Source: Solirubrobacterales bacterium
Lineage (GTDB): Bacteria > Actinomycetota > Thermoleophilia > Solirubrobacterales > Thermoleophilaceae
Direction: 5' to 3'
Assembly: GCA_038237685.1 (NCBI GenBank)
Contig: JBBRYL010000001.1
Span: 38,189 to 102,188 of the forward strand
Length of the DNA: 64,000 nt
The translations under genes were made by a program, and so were the position numbers. The notes under the pieces are model-generated. The model had not been told where the DNA came from. It made no database searches and saw nothing but the letters and a program-made list of their open reading frames with translations. Positions 62,326 to 64,000 of this stretch are shown piece after piece; positions within the stretch are counted from its first letter, which is position 1; every line of letters starts with the position of its first letter.

Positions 62326-63237
62326 ATGCGTAGCCGACTGCTCACCTTCGCCGCCGCCGCAGCCGTCGCGCTCGCCGCGCCGGCGCACGCCGTGGCATCG
62401 TCGCCGTCGGGCGGGGCCGCCGTGCCGTCGGAGGGTGGCGCCCACTACGGCGAGACGCCCAAGATCCACGGCCTGGCCTCGCTGCCGCGGTTGACGCTGT
62501 TCCGGCTGTCCTCGCGCACGCTGACCGCCACGGCCAGCTACCGGTTCGCCGGCCCGCACACCGTTCGCGACGTGCGGGTGCAGCTGCTTGTCGCCACCGG
62601 CACCAAGGTCGTCAAGACCTTCAAGCTCGGCAACCGCGAGCCCGGAACCATGCAGAACCTCAAGGTGACCGGCACCGGTCTTCCGCCCGGCCGCTACCGC
62701 GTCCGCATCCGGGCTACGGGCCTGCGCACCGCTGGCGTGAGCTCGGTGGCACAGGTCACGGTGCCGGCCCCCAAGCCGGCGGCGCCGCCGCCGGCACCGG
62801 TGCCTTCCGGAGACCACATCTTCCCCGTGCGCGGGCCGTTCACGTTCGGCCAGGCCGGCAGCCGCTTCGGCGCCAAGCGCAGCGGACACACCCATCAAGG
62901 TCAGGACGTGGCCGCAGCAGAGGGCACCCCACTTGTCGCGCCCCACGCGGGCCGCGTCAAGGCAGTGCGCTATCAAGCCAGTGGAGCGGGCTACTACATC
63001 GTGATCGCCAGCTCGGGCGAGGGACGCGACTACGCGTTCATGCACCTGCGCGCGGGCTCGACCGTGGTCGCGGAGGGTCAGGCGGTGCGCGCAGGCCAGC
63101 AGATCGGGCAGGTCGGCAACACCGGCGATTCCCAGGGCGCCCACCTGCATTTCGAGATCTGGACCGGCGGCGGCTGGTACTCGGGTGGCAAGCCCGTGGA
63201 CCCGCTGCCGTATCTGCGGGCTTGGGCCGGGCTCTAA
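62326..63237 (+). CDS. Secreted M23 peptidase
   Basis: Signal peptide (AAPAHA). M23 motifs HTHQGQD and GAHLHFE. Confidence 0.85.
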   Translation: MRSRLLTFAAAAAVALAAPAHAVASSPSGGAAVPSEGGAHYGETPKIHGLASLPRLTLFRLSSRTLTATASYRFAGPHTVRDVRVQLLVATGTKVVKTFKLGNREPGTMQNLKVTGTGLPPGRYRVRIRATGLRTAGVSSVAQVTVPAPKPAAPPPAPVPSGDHIFPVRGPFTFGQAGSRFGAKRSGHTHQGQDVAAAEGTPLVAPHAGRVKAVRYQASGAGYYIVIASSGEGRDYAFMHLRAGSTVVAEGQAVRAGQQIGQVGNTGDSQGAHLHFEIWTGGGWYSGGKPVDPLPYLRAWAGL

Positions 63238-63240
63238 CCG

Positions 63241-64000
63241 CTACTTGAAGCTAAGCGAGAAGTTGCCGGTAACTCCGCTGGTGTCGGCCTTGGCCGAGCC
63301 GCTGATGTCGCCGAGCGGGCCGGTGAACAGTGCTCCGCCAAGCACGCCGCCGAGTCCGAGCTGGCCTCCGCCGACACCTGACCGGGTGGCGCGGCGGATG
63401 CCCTGGTTGACCAGCTGCGCGGCGTCGGCGCGCATTGAAAGCGCGCCCGCGGCTCCCTCGACCTTGCTCGTGGGCGCGGTCGCGGCCTGCCGGGCGTTGG
63501 CGGGAGTGTCGGACAGCACGAAGTTGCCGTCGATCACGCCGTAGGCCAGACTCTGGCGGGCACTGACCAGCGAGTACAACCCGTTGGAACCCTTGGCGGC
63601 CTTGTACTTCGGTGCCTGGCCCGTCGAGCTCTGAATGATGGCCGGAAGCACCTTGCCGAGCTTGGCCAGCGTCTTTTTGAACGCCGCCTCGTCCTTGACC
63701 TTGGCCTTGAGGCCGAACTTGCCATCCACGCTGCTGCTCAGGGAGATGTCGCCCGAGAGCTGTGCGAACAGATCCTTGCCCACGTCGATGTTGAGCTGCT
63801 TCTCGACCGTCTGCTTGGCGGTCTCGTATGAGCTGAACTGATTCGGATCGACCGCCTGGGCGGCATTCTCGCCGAACGTGTAGATCCGGTCGAGACCGCG
63901 CAGTCCGAAGCCGACCTCGCCGGGCTTGTCGATGACCGCAGGGCTCTCGTCACCGGACGCAAGCGGAAGGTCGGCGTCGGTGAGGCCGCTCGAGTCGGTG
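63241..64000 (-). CDS. Hypothetical secreted protein (5' end outside window)
   Basis: The reading frame is open from 64000 down to the stop at 63241. The GTG at 63783 in the ORF track is internal. High GC3. The family is not recognised with confidence (possibly DUF3352-like). Confidence 0.6.
   Translation of the reverse strand, partial: TDSSGLTDADLPLASGDESPAVIDKPGEVGFGLRGLDRIYTFGENAAQAVDPNQFSSYETAKQTVEKQLNIDVGKDLFAQLSGDISLSSSVDGKFGLKAKVKDEAAFKKTLAKLGKVLPAIIQSSTGQAPKYKAAKGSNGLYSLVSARQSLAYGVIDGNFVLSDTPANARQAATAPTSKVEGAAGALSMRADAAQLVNQGIRRATRSGVGGGQLGLGGVLGGALFTGPLGDISGSAKADTSGVTGNFSLSFK

Overview
This is 64 kb of very GC-rich chromosomal DNA (roughly 70% or more, with strong GC3 bias). Gene content looks like a high-GC Actinomycetota-type bacterium; Thermoleophilia or Rubrobacteria is an untested guess. 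I support about 62 protein-coding genes, almost all recognisable from catalytic motifs in the ORF-track translations.

Main gene groups:
- A surface-glycan cluster (GT2, GT2, large polytopic membrane protein) plus an ECF sigma factor.
- moaE-moaD.
- Propionate and methylmalonyl-CoA genes dispersed through the window: the mutase catalytic subunit, two carboxyltransferases, a biotin carboxylase/BCCP subunit and sucCD.
- A translationally coupled sulfate-assimilation operon: sulfite reductase, cysH, cysD, cysN and a TauE-family permease.
- gpgS plus a HAD phosphatase (glucosylglycerate synthesis).
- Split NHEJ genes (ligase and LigD polymerase domain).
- Two OmpR/histidine-kinase pairs, two MprF-like (DUF2156) paralogues and two M23 peptidases.
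- A sortase with a candidate substrate.
- An MrfA-like DEAH helicase.

I found no rRNA, tRNA, CRISPR array, transposase or integrase.

Most interesting non-obvious signals:
1. A ~100-bp segment is present twice at about 96% identity (44.85 kb and 59.92 kb). Each copy sits next to an MprF-like gene, and one copy forms the 5' end of the helicase.
2. Identical dual-palindrome operators (ACGCA-N4-TGCGT, two per site) lie in front of a DUF4177 gene and an orphan Arch_ATPase gene.
3. A c-di-AMP (ydaO-type) riboswitch precedes an M23 / GT2 / esterase / esterase envelope operon.
4. Two genes are broken by single frameshifts (glycerate kinase and an SGNH hydrolase).
5. A Tat-secreted phosphoesterase gene is coupled to an MprF-like gene.

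Limits: all family calls rest on motif recognition by eye and no searches were run. Non-coding coordinates were hand-indexed and may be off by 1-2 nt.
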